From contig JAGNZR010000003.1 of NCBI GenBank assembly GCA_017984315.1, forward strand, positions 7,587 through 71,586: 64,000 bases of DNA, given 5' to 3'. The notes under the pieces were generated by a model. It worked only from the letters and a program-made list of their open reading frames with translations. It was not told the DNA's origin and searched no databases. This DNA is from Fusobacteriaceae bacterium (GTDB lineage Bacteria; Fusobacteriota; Fusobacteriia; Fusobacteriales; Fusobacteriaceae). A program made the position numbers and the translations under genes. Below are positions 38,024 to 49,506 of this stretch, piece after piece (position 1 is the first letter of the stretch; every line of letters begins with the position of its first letter).

Positions 38024-40648
38024 ATGTATAAAAAAAATATTGAAGAGGTATTAGAAAGTTTAGAAACAAGTTTAAATGGGATTAAAAGTGAAAATTTAGA
38101 CAAACTTGTAGCAAAATATGGTTATAATGAGTTACAAGAAAAAGGAAAAGCCACAGTATGGGAGCTTTTTTTAGAATCTTTTAAAGATCCGTTAGTTATA
38201 ATTTTATTAATTGCAGCCAGTGTACAAATCGCTACAGGGCACTTAGTTGACTCTTTAATAATTTTATCTGTTTTAATACTTAATTCAATTATTGGAGTTG
38301 TACAAGCTAAAAAAGCTGAAGGCTCTTTAGAAAAGTTAAAGCAACTATCTCAGCCAAATGTTAAAGTTTTAAGAGATGGAGAAAAAAAAATTGTTTCCAT
38401 GAAAGAGTTGTTTCCTGGGGATATAGTTATATTAGATGCAGGAGATTTTATTCCAGCTGATGGAAGAGTTGTAGATGCTAATACACTGAAAGTCATGGAA
38501 GGGATTTTAACTGGAGAATCAGAACCAGTATTAAAATTTTGCGATACAATAGATAAAGAGTCATCTTTAGGTGATAGAAAAAATATGGTGTATTCAGGGA
38601 CTATGGTAGTTTATGGAAGAGGCTCTTTTGTAGTTACTGAAACTGGTATGAATACAGAGATTGGAAAAATAGCTAAATTATTAGATAGCGTAGAAAGTGG
38701 TTTAACTCCATTACAGAAAAACTTAGAAAAATTTACTCAAAAATTAGGTATAGGGATTTTAGGGATGTCTATATTAATATTTGCGGTAATAGTTACAAAA
38801 GGGTTGTTAGGAGATAAAACACAAGCTTTATTTCCTTTATTATTAAATGCTTTCATGTTTTCTGTAGCAGTGGCAGTAGCAGCTATTCCAGAAGCGTTAT
38901 CTTCAATTGTAACAATTGTGCTGTCTTTTGGAACGGGAATAATGGCTAAAAAACATGCGATAATTAGAAAACTTTCAGCAGTTGAAACTTTAGGATCTAC
39001 CTCTATTATATGTACAGATAAAACAGGAACTTTAACTCAAAATAAAATGACAGTAGTTAATACATTTTTAAAAGGGGTAGAAGTAGCTGATTTTGAAAAA
39101 AATATTGAGACATTAGAGCAGGAATCACTTTATTTAATTGGACTCGTTGCAGCAAATGACTCTCAAATCTCTTTAGATGGAAAAGAGATAGGAGATCCTA
39201 CTGAGGTTGCGCTGATACATTTTGCAATAAAACATGGAATAAATATAACAGAACTTAGAGAAAAATATAAAAGAGTAAATGAATTACCTTTTGATTCAGA
39301 TAGAAAACTTATGAGTACGTTAAATCAAGTTGGAGATAAAAAAATAATCTTCTGTAAAGGAGCTCCAGACGTAGTATTTTCACGTACAACAAAACTTATG
39401 GTAAATGGCAACACAGTTCAAGCAACAGAAGAAAAGTTAAATGTATATAGAGAGAAAAATGAAGAGTTTTCAAAAGAAGCTTTAAGAGTTTTAGGGATAA
39501 CATTTAAAATAGTTGAGGATGAAAAAGTTGAGTTATCATTAGAAGATGAATATGAATTAACACTAATAGGTCTAGTTGCTATAATAGATCCTCCAAGAGA
39601 AGAGGTATATGAAGCAATTAAGGAAGCTAAAAAAGCGGGAATAAGACCTATTATGATAACAGGGGATCATAAAACAACAGCAGCAGCTATAGCTAGAGAT
39701 ATTGGTCTTATGTCTTTAGGGGAAAAAGCTTTAACAGGTCAAGAATTAGATGCTTTAACAGAGGAAGAGTTAGATAGAGAGCTAGAAAATGTAACTGTAT
39801 ATGCTAGAGTTTCTCCAGAAAATAAGATTAGAATAGTAAAAGCTTGGCAGAAAAAAGGAAAAATAACAGCAATGACAGGGGATGGAGTAAATGATGCTCC
39901 AGCTCTTAAGCAAGCAGATATTGGAATAGCTATGGGAACTGGAACAGATGTTGCAAAAGACTCAGCTGCTATGATTTTAACTGATGATAATTTCGTAAGT
40001 ATAGTAAGTGCAATAGAGATTGGTAGAACTGTATATTCAAATATAAAAAAATCAATAACATATCTTTTTGTAGGGAATTTAGGTGCTATTTTAGCTATTT
40101 TATATGCGTTATTTGCAGGTTGGAGCTCTCCTTTTACTGCATTACAGCTACTATTTATAAATTTAGTTAATGACTCTTTACCGGCAATTGCCTTAGGACT
40201 TGAGCCTTCAGAAGAGAATATAATGAGTCATAAACCAAGAGAAGCAAATAAACCACTGTTTGATAAAAAAAGTTATGGAATTATCTTTTTAAGAGGACTG
40301 CTAATTGCAATTGTAACTATTGTTGCACAGCATATTGGTGGAGAAGACAGCTTAATGGGAATGTCTATGGCCTTTACAACTCTTATTTTTGCTAGAACAC
40401 TTCAAACTTTACCAGGAAGAAGTGAAGAGAAGACTGCAGTAAGTTTAGGGTTATTAAAAAACAAATATACTCTTATAGCAATAGTTGTTTGTTTTACAAT
40501 GTATTCAATTGTTTTATACCCTGGAGTAAGAGCATATTTTAACATAGCTCCTGAGTTTGGATCTGAGCAGTTAGGAATCTGTTTAGGATTAGCTCTAGTA
40601 TCAACAGTATTGATGGAGTTAGAGAAAGTATTTAAAGGTGAAAAATAA
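38024..40648 (+). CDS. calcium-type cation-transporting P-type ATPase (P2A/PMCA-SERCA-like)
   Basis: TGESEP, CTDKTGTLT, TGDHKTTA and MTGDGVNDAPALKQADIGIAMG motifs. The ATG at 38024 follows a GAGGAG RBS. Confidence 0.88.
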   Translation: MYKKNIEEVLESLETSLNGIKSENLDKLVAKYGYNELQEKGKATVWELFLESFKDPLVIILLIAASVQIATGHLVDSLIILSVLILNSIIGVVQAKKAEGSLEKLKQLSQPNVKVLRDGEKKIVSMKELFPGDIVILDAGDFIPADGRVVDANTLKVMEGILTGESEPVLKFCDTIDKESSLGDRKNMVYSGTMVVYGRGSFVVTETGMNTEIGKIAKLLDSVESGLTPLQKNLEKFTQKLGIGILGMSILIFAVIVTKGLLGDKTQALFPLLLNAFMFSVAVAVAAIPEALSSIVTIVLSFGTGIMAKKHAIIRKLSAVETLGSTSIICTDKTGTLTQNKMTVVNTFLKGVEVADFEKNIETLEQESLYLIGLVAANDSQISLDGKEIGDPTEVALIHFAIKHGINITELREKYKRVNELPFDSDRKLMSTLNQVGDKKIIFCKGAPDVVFSRTTKLMVNGNTVQATEEKLNVYREKNEEFSKEALRVLGITFKIVEDEKVELSLEDEYELTLIGLVAIIDPPREEVYEAIKEAKKAGIRPIMITGDHKTTAAAIARDIGLMSLGEKALTGQELDALTEEELDRELENVTVYARVSPENKIRIVKAWQKKGKITAMTGDGVNDAPALKQADIGIAMGTGTDVAKDSAAMILTDDNFVSIVSAIEIGRTVYSNIKKSITYLFVGNLGAILAILYALFAGWSSPFTALQLLFINLVNDSLPAIALGLEPSEENIMSHKPREANKPLFDKKSYGIIFLRGLLIAIVTIVAQHIGGEDSLMGMSMAFTTLIFARTLQTLPGRSEEKTAVSLGLLKNKYTLIAIVVCFTMYSIVLYPGVRAYFNIAPEFGSEQLGICLGLALVSTVLMELEKVFKGEK

Positions 40649-40669
40649 ATTTATATAATGAGGAAAGAA

Positions 40670-41518
40670 ATGTTGAAATGTCCAAATTGCAATGAAGTAT
40701 TAAAAAAAATTAATAAGAGTTATATATGTGAAAACAATCACACTTTTGATATATCAAAGTATGGACATACTAATCTACTCTTATCTAATCAAAAAAACAG
40801 TAAGATGCCTGGAGATAATAAAGATATGGTTTTAGCCAGAAAAATGTTTCTAGAAGAGGGTAATTATAGTGGTATCTCTAATAAAGTTAATGAATTAGTG
40901 GATTTTTATATCCATGAAAAATTAGAAAAAGCATCTGAAATAAATGTTTTAGATACTGGGTGTGGGGAAGGTTATTATACAGAAAGATTAAGAAAAAGTT
41001 TAGAAGAAAAAGAGGTAGGTTGTAAAATAAATATTTATGGGTTAGATATCTCTAAGGAAGCTATAATAACTGCAGCTAAAGCATATAAAAAAATAGAGTG
41101 GTTAGTTGCTAGTGCTACACACCTTCCTTTTCAAAATGAAAGCTTAGATTTCATAATTTGTATGTTTGCAAAGATAGCCCCTGAAGAAAAAATTAGGTGC
41201 TTAAAAAAAGGTGGGAAACTTATAGTGGTTTCCACTGGTGAGAATCACCTTCAAGAGCTGAAACAAGTAGTTTACGATGAAGTAAAAAAAGATTTTTACC
41301 TTCCTGCTTTAGATGAAAATTTAAAAGAGTTTAAACATTTAAAAACAGTTAATACAAGCTACAAAACTTTAATTGGAAAGAGCAGCAGTATAGAAAATCT
41401 ATTTAATATGACACCTTATAGATGGAGAAGCCCTGAGAGGGGAGTGAAAAAATTATTTTCACTAAGTGAGCTTGAAGTAACAGTGGAAGTTAATATAGAT
41501 ATTTTTGAAAAAAATTAA
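40670..41518 (+). CDS. rlmA: 23S rRNA (guanine745-N1)-methyltransferase RlmA-like
   Basis: N-terminal Zn finger CPNCNEVL..YICENNHTFDISKYGHTNLL. SAM-binding VLDTGCGEGYY. Confidence 0.8.
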   Translation: MLKCPNCNEVLKKINKSYICENNHTFDISKYGHTNLLLSNQKNSKMPGDNKDMVLARKMFLEEGNYSGISNKVNELVDFYIHEKLEKASEINVLDTGCGEGYYTERLRKSLEEKEVGCKINIYGLDISKEAIITAAKAYKKIEWLVASATHLPFQNESLDFIICMFAKIAPEEKIRCLKKGGKLIVVSTGENHLQELKQVVYDEVKKDFYLPALDENLKEFKHLKTVNTSYKTLIGKSSSIENLFNMTPYRWRSPERGVKKLFSLSELEVTVEVNIDIFEKN

Positions 41519-41522
41519 ATTT

Positions 41523-41556
41523 AAAAGAGATACTCCAAAAAAGAGTATCTCTTTTG
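41523..41556 (+). terminator. Rho-independent terminator
   Basis: AGAGATACTC (41526-41535) pairs with GAGTATCTCT (41543-41552), followed by TTTT. Confidence 0.8.
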
Positions 41557-41683
41557 CTATGTATTAAATGAAAACAGTTATTAATTTTTAATTTATACCT
41601 TTAATTAGACAATAGAGTAGCTGTTATGATATAATACGGATTGAAATATATAATTTTAAGTAAATTGGAAGGGGATTGAATTT

Positions 41684-43855
41684 ATGGATAAAATCTTTGA
41701 ATTAGTTAGGAAAAAATTGAATTTAAAATTGGAACAGATTGTAAAAACAATGGAATTAATTGATGGTGGAGCAACTATACCCTTTATTTCCCGTTATAGA
41801 AAAGAGGTAACAGGAAGTTTAGATGAAGTTGAAATTGAAAATATCCAAAATGAAGTTCAATATTTAAGAAACTTAGAATCTAGAAAAGAAGAGATCATTA
41901 GATTAATAGATGAACAAGGAAAAATGACAGATGAATTAAAAAAAGCAATAGAAAATTCAAAAATACTACAAGAGTTAGAAGATCTGTATTTCCCTTATAG
42001 AAAGAAAAGAAAAACAAAAGCTGATATAGCTAGAGAGAAAGGATTAGAGCCTTTATCATCTTTAATATTGTTAGAAAATAATTTTGAAACTCTTATGGAA
42101 AAGGCTAAAGAATTTTTAACAGATGAAGTTTTAACTGTGGAAGAGGCTTTAGAAGGAGCTAAGCTTATTTTAGCTGAAGAAATTTCAGAAGTTGCTGAAT
42201 ATAGAGAAAAAACGAGAGAGGATATCCTAAAAGAGGGAATTTTATTTTCAAAAGAGACTAAAAAAGCAAAAGAGTTAGATGAGAAAAAAGTATATGTAGA
42301 TTATTATAATTATCAAGAAGTAGTTGCTAAAATTCCAGCACATAGAATTTTAGCGGTTAATCGTGGCGAAAATGAAGATATACTGAGTGTTTCTATAAAA
42401 TTTGAAGATTTAAAAAAAGAACAGGTAGAACAAGGAATTTTAAATAAGTATTTTAGTGATAATAAAAATTTAATTGAGATAAAAAAAGAGATTGTAAAAG
42501 ATTCATTGGATAGACTATTATTTCCATCTGTAGAAAGAGAAGTGAGAAATATTCTTACGGAAAAAGCTGAAGAGCAATCAATAAATATTTTCAAACTTAA
42601 TTTAAAAAACTTATTAATGCAATCACCTTTAAAAGACATGGTTGTAATGGCTTTAGACCCTGGTTATAGAACAGGTTGTAAAGTTGCTATTATTAATAAA
42701 GAAGGTTTTTTTGTACATTATGATGTGTTTTTCTTAGTTGAAGCAATGCATAATCCGGCACAATTGGAAAAAGCTAAAAAATCAATTATAAATTACATCA
42801 ATAAATATGGTATAGATATTATAGCAATAGGAAATGGAACAGCTTCTCGTGAAACAGAGAGTTTTGTAGCTGGAGTTTTAAAAGAAGTGGATAAACCAGT
42901 AAAATATTTAATAGTGAATGAAGCTGGAGCTTCTATATACTCAGCTTCAAAAATTGCAGCAGAAGAATTTCCAGATTTAGATGTTACAGTTAGAGGGGCT
43001 ATCTCTATTGGAAGAAGAATACAGGACCCTATGGCAGAATTAGTAAAAATAGATCCAAAATCAATAGGTATTGGGATGTATCAACATGATGTAAACCAGA
43101 AAAAGTTGGAAGAATCATTAGATAATGTTATAGAATCTGTTGTTAATAATGTTGGAGTTGCAGTAAATACAGCCTCTTGGGCACTATTATCTCATGTATC
43201 AGGGATAAAGAAAAATATAGCAAAAAATATTGTAGATTATAGAAAAGAGAATGGAGACTTTAAAAATAGAAAAGAGCTCCTAAAAGTTAAAGGATTGGGT
43301 GCCAAAGCATATGAACAGATGGCAGGATTCTTAGTTATTCAAGAGGGAAAAGATATTTTAGATGGGACGATTATTCACCCGGAATCTTACCATATAGCAG
43401 AAGAGATTTTAGAAAAAGCCGGTTCATCTTTAAAAGAGTATTCAAAAGATATTGCAGTTTCTAGAGAAAAGATACAAAAAATTAATTACGCCCAGTTTGC
43501 TGAAGAAAAATCTTATGGAATAGAAACGGTAAAAGATATATATGATGCTTTGATAAGGGATAGAAGAGACCCAAGAGAGAATTTTGATAAACCTCTTTTA
43601 AAATCAGATGTTTTAAAAATAGATGATTTAAAAATTGGCATGGATATAGAAGGGACAGTTAGAAATGTAGTTGCTTTTGGAGCTTTTGTGGATATAGGGT
43701 TAAAAAATGATGCCCTTTTACATATTTCAGATATTTCAGATAAGTTTGTAAAAGATCCATCTACAGAGCTATCAGTTGGTCAGATAATAAAAGTTAAGAT
43801 TAAAACAATAGATATAGAAAGACAAAGGGTAGGTTTAACAAGAAAAGGATGTTAA
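41684..43855 (+). CDS. tex: Tex-like transcription accessory protein (YqgF/RuvX-like, HhH and C-terminal S1 domains)
   Basis: N-terminal ATIPFISRYRKEVTG. YqgF-like ALDPGYRTGCKVA. C-terminal S1 domain GTVRNVVAFGAFVDIG. Confidence 0.92.
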   Translation: MDKIFELVRKKLNLKLEQIVKTMELIDGGATIPFISRYRKEVTGSLDEVEIENIQNEVQYLRNLESRKEEIIRLIDEQGKMTDELKKAIENSKILQELEDLYFPYRKKRKTKADIAREKGLEPLSSLILLENNFETLMEKAKEFLTDEVLTVEEALEGAKLILAEEISEVAEYREKTREDILKEGILFSKETKKAKELDEKKVYVDYYNYQEVVAKIPAHRILAVNRGENEDILSVSIKFEDLKKEQVEQGILNKYFSDNKNLIEIKKEIVKDSLDRLLFPSVEREVRNILTEKAEEQSINIFKLNLKNLLMQSPLKDMVVMALDPGYRTGCKVAIINKEGFFVHYDVFFLVEAMHNPAQLEKAKKSIINYINKYGIDIIAIGNGTASRETESFVAGVLKEVDKPVKYLIVNEAGASIYSASKIAAEEFPDLDVTVRGAISIGRRIQDPMAELVKIDPKSIGIGMYQHDVNQKKLEESLDNVIESVVNNVGVAVNTASWALLSHVSGIKKNIAKNIVDYRKENGDFKNRKELLKVKGLGAKAYEQMAGFLVIQEGKDILDGTIIHPESYHIAEEILEKAGSSLKEYSKDIAVSREKIQKINYAQFAEEKSYGIETVKDIYDALIRDRRDPRENFDKPLLKSDVLKIDDLKIGMDIEGTVRNVVAFGAFVDIGLKNDALLHISDISDKFVKDPSTELSVGQIIKVKIKTIDIERQRVGLTRKGC

Positions 43856-46255
43856 ATGATGAAATTTGAAAAAAATTCTTTAGTATTAAAAATAATTTTC
43901 TATAATAATTTAGGGATTGTGCTGTCTACAATATTGTTATCTTTTATTTTGATTTTTTCAGATTTTAAGGCAAGAGAGAGTGAATTTGAAAAAAACAGTG
44001 TTGAAAAAATAAAACTTTTAGAGAAAGCTTATAATAACCACTTAGAAACAATGGAAGATGATATACAAAAAATTTTAAGTGAAGTATCTATAGTTGAAAA
44101 TTTTGATGATGAACAAAATAAAGAGGTTTATAAAAAATATAGTGAAGACATAATGGCGAAACTCCTAAAGCAGGATATAGGAAATTATTTTCATGCAATT
44201 ATTACTATAACAGACTCAGAGGGGAATATTTTATCTGAGAGCGGGAATAACGAAAAAAATATATATTTAGGAATAAAAAAAGATATATTTTTAGAGATGA
44301 AAAAAGAGAGAGAGGATTTAGACGGAAACCATTATATTGAAAGTATAAATGGGAAAAATTATTTCAGAGTATATTTTCCTCACTATTTAAAAACAGGAAA
44401 AAGATTTATTATTATTACTGTTCCTTTGAATTATAATACTTTAGAGATTTTAAAAGACAGCATTCAACTTGGTGATAATGATAAAATATTTACTTTGTCA
44501 ACAAATGGGTATTATTCAGGAGATTTTTCCTATAGAAAGCAGAATACAGGAATGAATCTTAATTCAGTGGAGAAAAATTATAGAAAAAATGAAAAATTTG
44601 ATTTTCAGGACATGTTAATTGATGGGAAAAAATATTTAACAGGGTTGTATATATTAAAAAATCCAGACGAAAATTACAAAGGTGCTATAGGTATTTCTTT
44701 TTCAAAAGAGCAGCTAATAATGTTGAAAGAAAGAAATGTATTTATAGTAATTTTGATAATCTCTCTTTACATAATTATAGGAAGCGGACTGACAAAAAGA
44801 TTTTTTACTAAATTATTAAAACCCCTTCAAGAGCTGACAGAGGGAACAGAGGAGATAGTAAAAGGGAACTATGACTATTGCTTTAAAGTTGAAGGAACAG
44901 GAGAGGTAAAACAGATAGGATTGTCTCTAAAAAAAATGTTAGGAGAGATTAAATCAAATCGTGAAAAGTTATTATTGCAAAATAATAAATTAAATGAAAT
45001 TATTTTTAGAACAGAAGCAATTGAAAGAATACTGATGGGGTTACATATTGAAACAGATATGGTTAATGCCATTAATGATATAATGAAAGCTCTAACTTCT
45101 GATATGGGATTAGGGTATAGCAGAGCTATGTATTTTAGATACAGTAGAGAGTTAGATTGTTTTTTAGGAGATAAAACAAGAGTAAATAATAGTTTGACAG
45201 ATGAGGCTTTACAGGATTTAAAAAAGGGGTTTAGTTTCCAAATAAAAGAGCTTGAAAGTTTGGTTAAATCAATAAAAATCCCATACTCTCCTAATAATCT
45301 CATTGGGAAATCTTTAAAAGAGAAAAGGATTATTTACTTTAATGAAAAAGGGTATAAATATGAATTAGGAAATACACTTTTTAAAGGATTGGGAGTAGAT
45401 AAATTCATGATACTGCCTATTTACGCTAAAAATAGGAATTATGGAGTAATAGTTGTAGATTATTTTGGAAAAAATAATAAGATATCTCATGATGAATTTG
45501 AACTGATAAAACTATTGATAATAAATTTAACAATTAGAATTAGCAATAAGATAACAGAAGAGGAAAGAGTTGATGGAGAGAGAGAGAATACTATCAGAAA
45601 ATTAACTGAAAGATTCTTAGGGGAAAGAGAGAAATATATAAGCAGTGTTCATGCCGTTTTCAATGGTTATAGAAAAGGGGAAACAAATCTTGAACCTAGA
45701 ATAAAAGTTGTAGAAACTATTTTAGCGAAATTGACTAGAGAGAATAAAGTGTTAAAAGAGTATTCAGAGTTAGGTTTGACTGAACCTGAGTATATTGATT
45801 TAGAATCTATATTCAATGAGATAAAGAAAGAAAATTACGAAGAATCTAAAAAACTAGGAGTAACAATATCGATATTTGTAAATTATACAGGGAGAGTTTT
45901 TGGGAATAGAAAGGATCTAAAAAAAGCTTTTTATGAGATAATGAAAAATTCATATTATGCCCTTTTGAAATCTGAAAACTTAGATCGTAAAATTAATATA
46001 ATAATATCTAAAGATAAAAATATTGATAAAGTAAAAATAAATATTATGGATAATGGTGTAGGGATAAAACCAGAACAAATAGAAAAAATATATGAACCGT
46101 TTTTAACTGTAGATGGCAATCCACCTGGATTAGGTTTATCATTAGTTTATAGAGTAATAAAAGAACATCAAGGAGTAATAAAGTTTTTTTCTAAATATAA
46201 AGAAGGAACAGATGTAAAAATAACTTTAAATGCATACAAGGAGGAAAGATACTAA
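43856..46255 (+). CDS. membrane sensor protein: extracytoplasmic domain-HAMP-GAF-HATPase_c, with no recognisable H-box
   Basis: Two TM segments flank a ~260-aa extracytoplasmic region. HAMP-like [24 protein letters not shown]-like middle region. ATPase N-box [11 protein letters not shown]1 MDNGVGI and G2 PPGLGLSLV. The ATG directly abuts the tex stop. Confidence 0.75.
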   Translation: MMKFEKNSLVLKIIFYNNLGIVLSTILLSFILIFSDFKARESEFEKNSVEKIKLLEKAYNNHLETMEDDIQKILSEVSIVENFDDEQNKEVYKKYSEDIMAKLLKQDIGNYFHAIITITDSEGNILSESGNNEKNIYLGIKKDIFLEMKKEREDLDGNHYIESINGKNYFRVYFPHYLKTGKRFIIITVPLNYNTLEILKDSIQLGDNDKIFTLSTNGYYSGDFSYRKQNTGMNLNSVEKNYRKNEKFDFQDMLIDGKKYLTGLYILKNPDENYKGAIGISFSKEQLIMLKERNVFIVILIISLYIIIGSGLTKRFFTKLLKPLQELTEGTEEIVKGNYDYCFKVEGTGEVKQIGLSLKKMLGEIKSNREKLLLQNNKLNEIIFRTEAIERILMGLHIETDMVNAINDIMKALTSDMGLGYSRAMYFRYSRELDCFLGDKTRVNNSLTDEALQDLKKGFSFQIKELESLVKSIKIPYSPNNLIGKSLKEKRIIYFNEKGYKYELGNTLFKGLGVDKFMILPIYAKNRNYGVIVVDYFGKNNKISHDEFELIKLLIINLTIRISNKITEEERVDGERENTIRKLTERFLGEREKYISSVHAVFNGYRKGETNLEPRIKVVETILAKLTRENKVLKEYSELGLTEPEYIDLESIFNEIKKENYEESKKLGVTISIFVNYTGRVFGNRKDLKKAFYEIMKNSYYALLKSENLDRKINIIISKDKNIDKVKINIMDNGVGIKPEQIEKIYEPFLTVDGNPPGLGLSLVYRVIKEHQGVIKFFSKYKEGTDVKITLNAYKEERY

Positions 46256-46256
46256 A

Positions 46257-49043
46257 ATGGAAAAAAAGGACTACGGGGTTACATTGAATTTGCCAAAAAC
46301 TAATTTTCAGATGAAAGGAAATTTACCTGCAAAGGAGCCTGGATTTATTGCAAAATGGAATGAGAATAAAATTTATGAAAAATCAAATATAGAGGGGAGA
46401 AGAGAGTTTGTTCTTCACGATGGACCTCCTTATGCAAATGGAAATATTCACATAGGACATGCACTTAATAAAATATTAAAAGATATCATTTTAAAGCATA
46501 AAAGATTAACAGGTTATAATGCTCCATATATTCCAGGATGGGATACACATGGATTACCTATTGAGCATAAAGTTTCTGAAGAGTTAGGGGAAAAAATGAA
46601 ATCAATGACTCAAGATGAAATTAGAGATAAATGTGCAGAGTATGCAAAAAAATGGGTTCAAATTCAAAAGGAAGGGTTTATTAGACTTGGTATCTTAGGA
46701 GATTGGGAGAATCCATATTTAACTTTAAACCCTGAATATGAGGCTAAACAGTTAGAAGTTTTTGCAGAGTTATATGAAAATGGGTATATTTTTAAGGGGT
46801 TAAAGCCAATTTATTGGTCGCCAGTTTCAGAAACTGCTTTAGCGGAAGCTGAAATTGAATATAAAAATCATACATCAACATCAGTATATGTGAAAATGGA
46901 AGCTAACCCAGATGCTTTAGAAAAATTAGGATTAGATTCAGCTTCATTTGTAATTTGGACAACTACTCCTTGGACTCTTCCAGCAAATACAGGGATCTGT
47001 TTAAATGCAGAGTTTGAGTATGGAGTATATGAAACAGAAAAAGGAAATTTAATTTTGGCAAAAGAGCTTGCAGATAAAGCTTTTGGAGAAATTGGAATAA
47101 AAGATTATAAATTAATAAAAGAGTTTTTAGGGGAGTTCTTAGAAAAAGTTACATATAAGCACCCATTCTTAGAAAGAGATGGGATGGTTATTTTAGGAAA
47201 TCACGTAACATTAGGAGCAGGATCAGGGTGTGTTCATACAGCGCCAGGTCACGGTCAAGATGACTATGTAGCAGGAACTAGATATGGTCTTCCAGTTATC
47301 TCTCCTGTAAATAATAAAGGTGTAATGACAGATGAAGCAGGTAAATATTCAGGACTTTTCTATGCTAAAGCCAATAAAGCGATTTGTGAAGATTTAGCTG
47401 AAAGTGGTCATTTACTGCAAGAAGCTAAAATAGAGCACTCATATCCACATGATTGGAGAACAAAGACTCCAGTAATATTCAGAGCTACTGAGCAGTGGTT
47501 TGTAAGAGCAGAAGGATCAGATTTAAGAGAGAAAGCTTTAAAAGCTTTAGATTCGGTAGAGTTTATTCCTGAATGGGGAAGAAATAGAATAGGATCAATG
47601 TTAGAGACAAGACCAGATTGGTGTATCTCAAGACAAAGAACATGGGGAGTGCCTATTCCTATTTTCTATAATGAAAAAACTGGAGCAGAAATTTTTAATA
47701 GAGATATTATAAATAGAGTAATAGATATAGTTAAAGTGCAAGGAACAAATGCATGGATAAGAATGTCTGCAGAAGAGTTAATAGGGGAAGAGTTATTAGT
47801 TAAATATAACTTAAAAGGAATAGAACTAAGAAAAGAAACTAATATAATGGATGTTTGGTTTGATTCAGGAACATCACACAGGGCAGTTTTAGAACCTAGA
47901 GGTCTGCATAGACCAGCAGATTTATATTTAGAAGGTTCAGATCAGCATAGAGGATGGTTTCAAACATCACTTCTTACTTCAATAGGGTCAACTCATGATG
48001 CACCATTTAAAACAATATTAACACATGGATTTGTTAATGATGGTAATGGTAGAAAAATGTCTAAATCAGTTGGAAATGTAGTTGCTCCTGAAGATATCAT
48101 TAAAGTGTATGGAGCTGATATTTTAAGATTATGGTGTGCTTCAGTAGATTATAGTGAAGATGTAAAAATTTCTGATAATATAGTTAAACAGATGGCAGAA
48201 TCATATAGAAGAGTAAGAAATACAGCAAGATACATCTTAGGAAATACATTTGATTTTGATCCTACAAAGGATAAAGTTGCATACTCTGATTTATTAGAAG
48301 AGGATAAATGGGCTTTAAATAAATTAGAGAGATTAAAAAGAACAGTAACAGAAGCATATTCTAAATATGAATTCTATAACCTGTTCCAAGAGATCCATTA
48401 TTTTGCAGGAATAGATATGTCAGCATTCTACTTAGATATCATAAAAGATAGATTATATGCTGAGAAAGCAGATTCAAAAGAGAGAAGATCAGCTCAAACA
48501 GTTATGTATGAGATATTACTGACATTAACTAAGATGATTGCCCCTGTTTTATCATTTACAGCAGAAGAGATTTGGGATAATTTACCAGAGTCAATGAAAG
48601 ATGCTGAGTCTGTATTATTAACAAAATGGTATGAAAATAATGACCTTTGGATTGATGATTCTCTAGAAGAAAAATGGAATAATATTTCAAAAATAAGAAA
48701 AGATGTTAATAAATATTTAGAGGTAGCAAGACAAGGAGAAAACAAGATAATTGGAAACTCTTTAGATGCAAAGGTTGAATTATATTCAGATAATGCAGAG
48801 TTTGCTAAATTTATAAAAGAGAATAGAGCACTTCTTGAACTTGCAACTATAGTTTCAGAAGTAAAAATTGTAGAAGCAAAAGATGATACTTTTGTTAAAG
48901 GTGAAGAGAATCCAGATATGTATGTAAGAGTTTCTCATGCTGATGGAGAAAAGTGTGAAAGATGTTGGAAGTACTCTACACAACTTGGAACAAATAAAGA
49001 GCATGCAGATTTATGCCCAAGATGTACAGGAGTAATGTTATAA
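46257..49043 (+). CDS. ileS: isoleucine--tRNA ligase (type 1, C-terminal zinc finger)
   Basis: HIGH-class motif [20 protein letters not shown]-terminal CERCWKY..CPRC. The ATG at 46257 follows AAGGAGGA. The track's ATG at 46230 lies inside the upstream gene. Confidence 0.95.
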   Translation: MEKKDYGVTLNLPKTNFQMKGNLPAKEPGFIAKWNENKIYEKSNIEGRREFVLHDGPPYANGNIHIGHALNKILKDIILKHKRLTGYNAPYIPGWDTHGLPIEHKVSEELGEKMKSMTQDEIRDKCAEYAKKWVQIQKEGFIRLGILGDWENPYLTLNPEYEAKQLEVFAELYENGYIFKGLKPIYWSPVSETALAEAEIEYKNHTSTSVYVKMEANPDALEKLGLDSASFVIWTTTPWTLPANTGICLNAEFEYGVYETEKGNLILAKELADKAFGEIGIKDYKLIKEFLGEFLEKVTYKHPFLERDGMVILGNHVTLGAGSGCVHTAPGHGQDDYVAGTRYGLPVISPVNNKGVMTDEAGKYSGLFYAKANKAICEDLAESGHLLQEAKIEHSYPHDWRTKTPVIFRATEQWFVRAEGSDLREKALKALDSVEFIPEWGRNRIGSMLETRPDWCISRQRTWGVPIPIFYNEKTGAEIFNRDIINRVIDIVKVQGTNAWIRMSAEELIGEELLVKYNLKGIELRKETNIMDVWFDSGTSHRAVLEPRGLHRPADLYLEGSDQHRGWFQTSLLTSIGSTHDAPFKTILTHGFVNDGNGRKMSKSVGNVVAPEDIIKVYGADILRLWCASVDYSEDVKISDNIVKQMAESYRRVRNTARYILGNTFDFDPTKDKVAYSDLLEEDKWALNKLERLKRTVTEAYSKYEFYNLFQEIHYFAGIDMSAFYLDIIKDRLYAEKADSKERRSAQTVMYEILLTLTKMIAPVLSFTAEEIWDNLPESMKDAESVLLTKWYENNDLWIDDSLEEKWNNISKIRKDVNKYLEVARQGENKIIGNSLDAKVELYSDNAEFAKFIKENRALLELATIVSEVKIVEAKDDTFVKGEENPDMYVRVSHADGEKCERCWKYSTQLGTNKEHADLCPRCTGVML

Positions 49044-49056
49044 AGGGGAAGTGTAA

Positions 49057-49506
49057 GTGATATATATAATTTTAATATCTATTCTTATAGGTTTAGATCA
49101 GATTAGTAAACAAATGATTGTAAATAGATTTTCTTTAGGAGAAACTTTTCCCATAGTGGAAGAGTTTTTCCACTTAACATACGTTAGAAATAAAGGGGTA
49201 GCATTTGGATTATTTCAAGGTGAAATCAAGATGATTTCAGTATTTACAATAATAGCAGTTATAGGAATAGCTATATACTCTTTAAAATATTTAAGCAAAT
49301 CATCTAAAATTGAAAAGATGGCTTATACATTTATTTTTTCAGGTGCTATAGGAAATATGTTAGATAGATTAATCAGAGGGTATGTTGTAGATATGTTAGA
49401 TTTTCAAGGAATCTGGATATATATCTTTAATCTAGCTGATGTATGGATAAATATAGGATTGTTTTTAATTATTATAGATTATTTTATTAGGAGGAACAAA
49501 GAATGA
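49057..49506 (+). CDS. lspA: lipoprotein signal peptidase II
   Basis: 149 aa with 4 TM segments. Conserved VRNKGVAFG and NMLDRL..GYVVDM motifs. GTG start after AGGGGAAG. Confidence 0.9.
   Translation: MIYIILISILIGLDQISKQMIVNRFSLGETFPIVEEFFHLTYVRNKGVAFGLFQGEIKMISVFTIIAVIGIAIYSLKYLSKSSKIEKMAYTFIFSGAIGNMLDRLIRGYVVDMLDFQGIWIYIFNLADVWINIGLFLIIIDYFIRRNKE

Noticed and set aside
44875-45303. 142-aa ORF antisense to the sensor-kinase-like gene. The same applies to the antisense ORFs at 62083-62532, 6607-6981, 42313-42639, 53677-54000, 28596-28910 and 206-505.
   Set aside because: All are embedded opposite well-supported genes, lack an RBS and have biased low-complexity composition. I treat them as frame shadows.
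46230-46256. N-terminal extension of ileS (MHTRRKDTK) suggested by the ORF track
   Set aside because: It overlaps the end of the upstream gene. The ATG at 46257 has a perfect AAGGAGGA RBS and gives the conserved IleS N-terminus [15 protein letters not shown].
46100-46256. Looked for T-box leaders upstream of ileS, and upstream of glyQ at 49400-49502
   Set aside because: Both regions are coding sequence of the upstream genes. No specifier/T-box (AGGGUGGNACCGCG-like) sequence is present.
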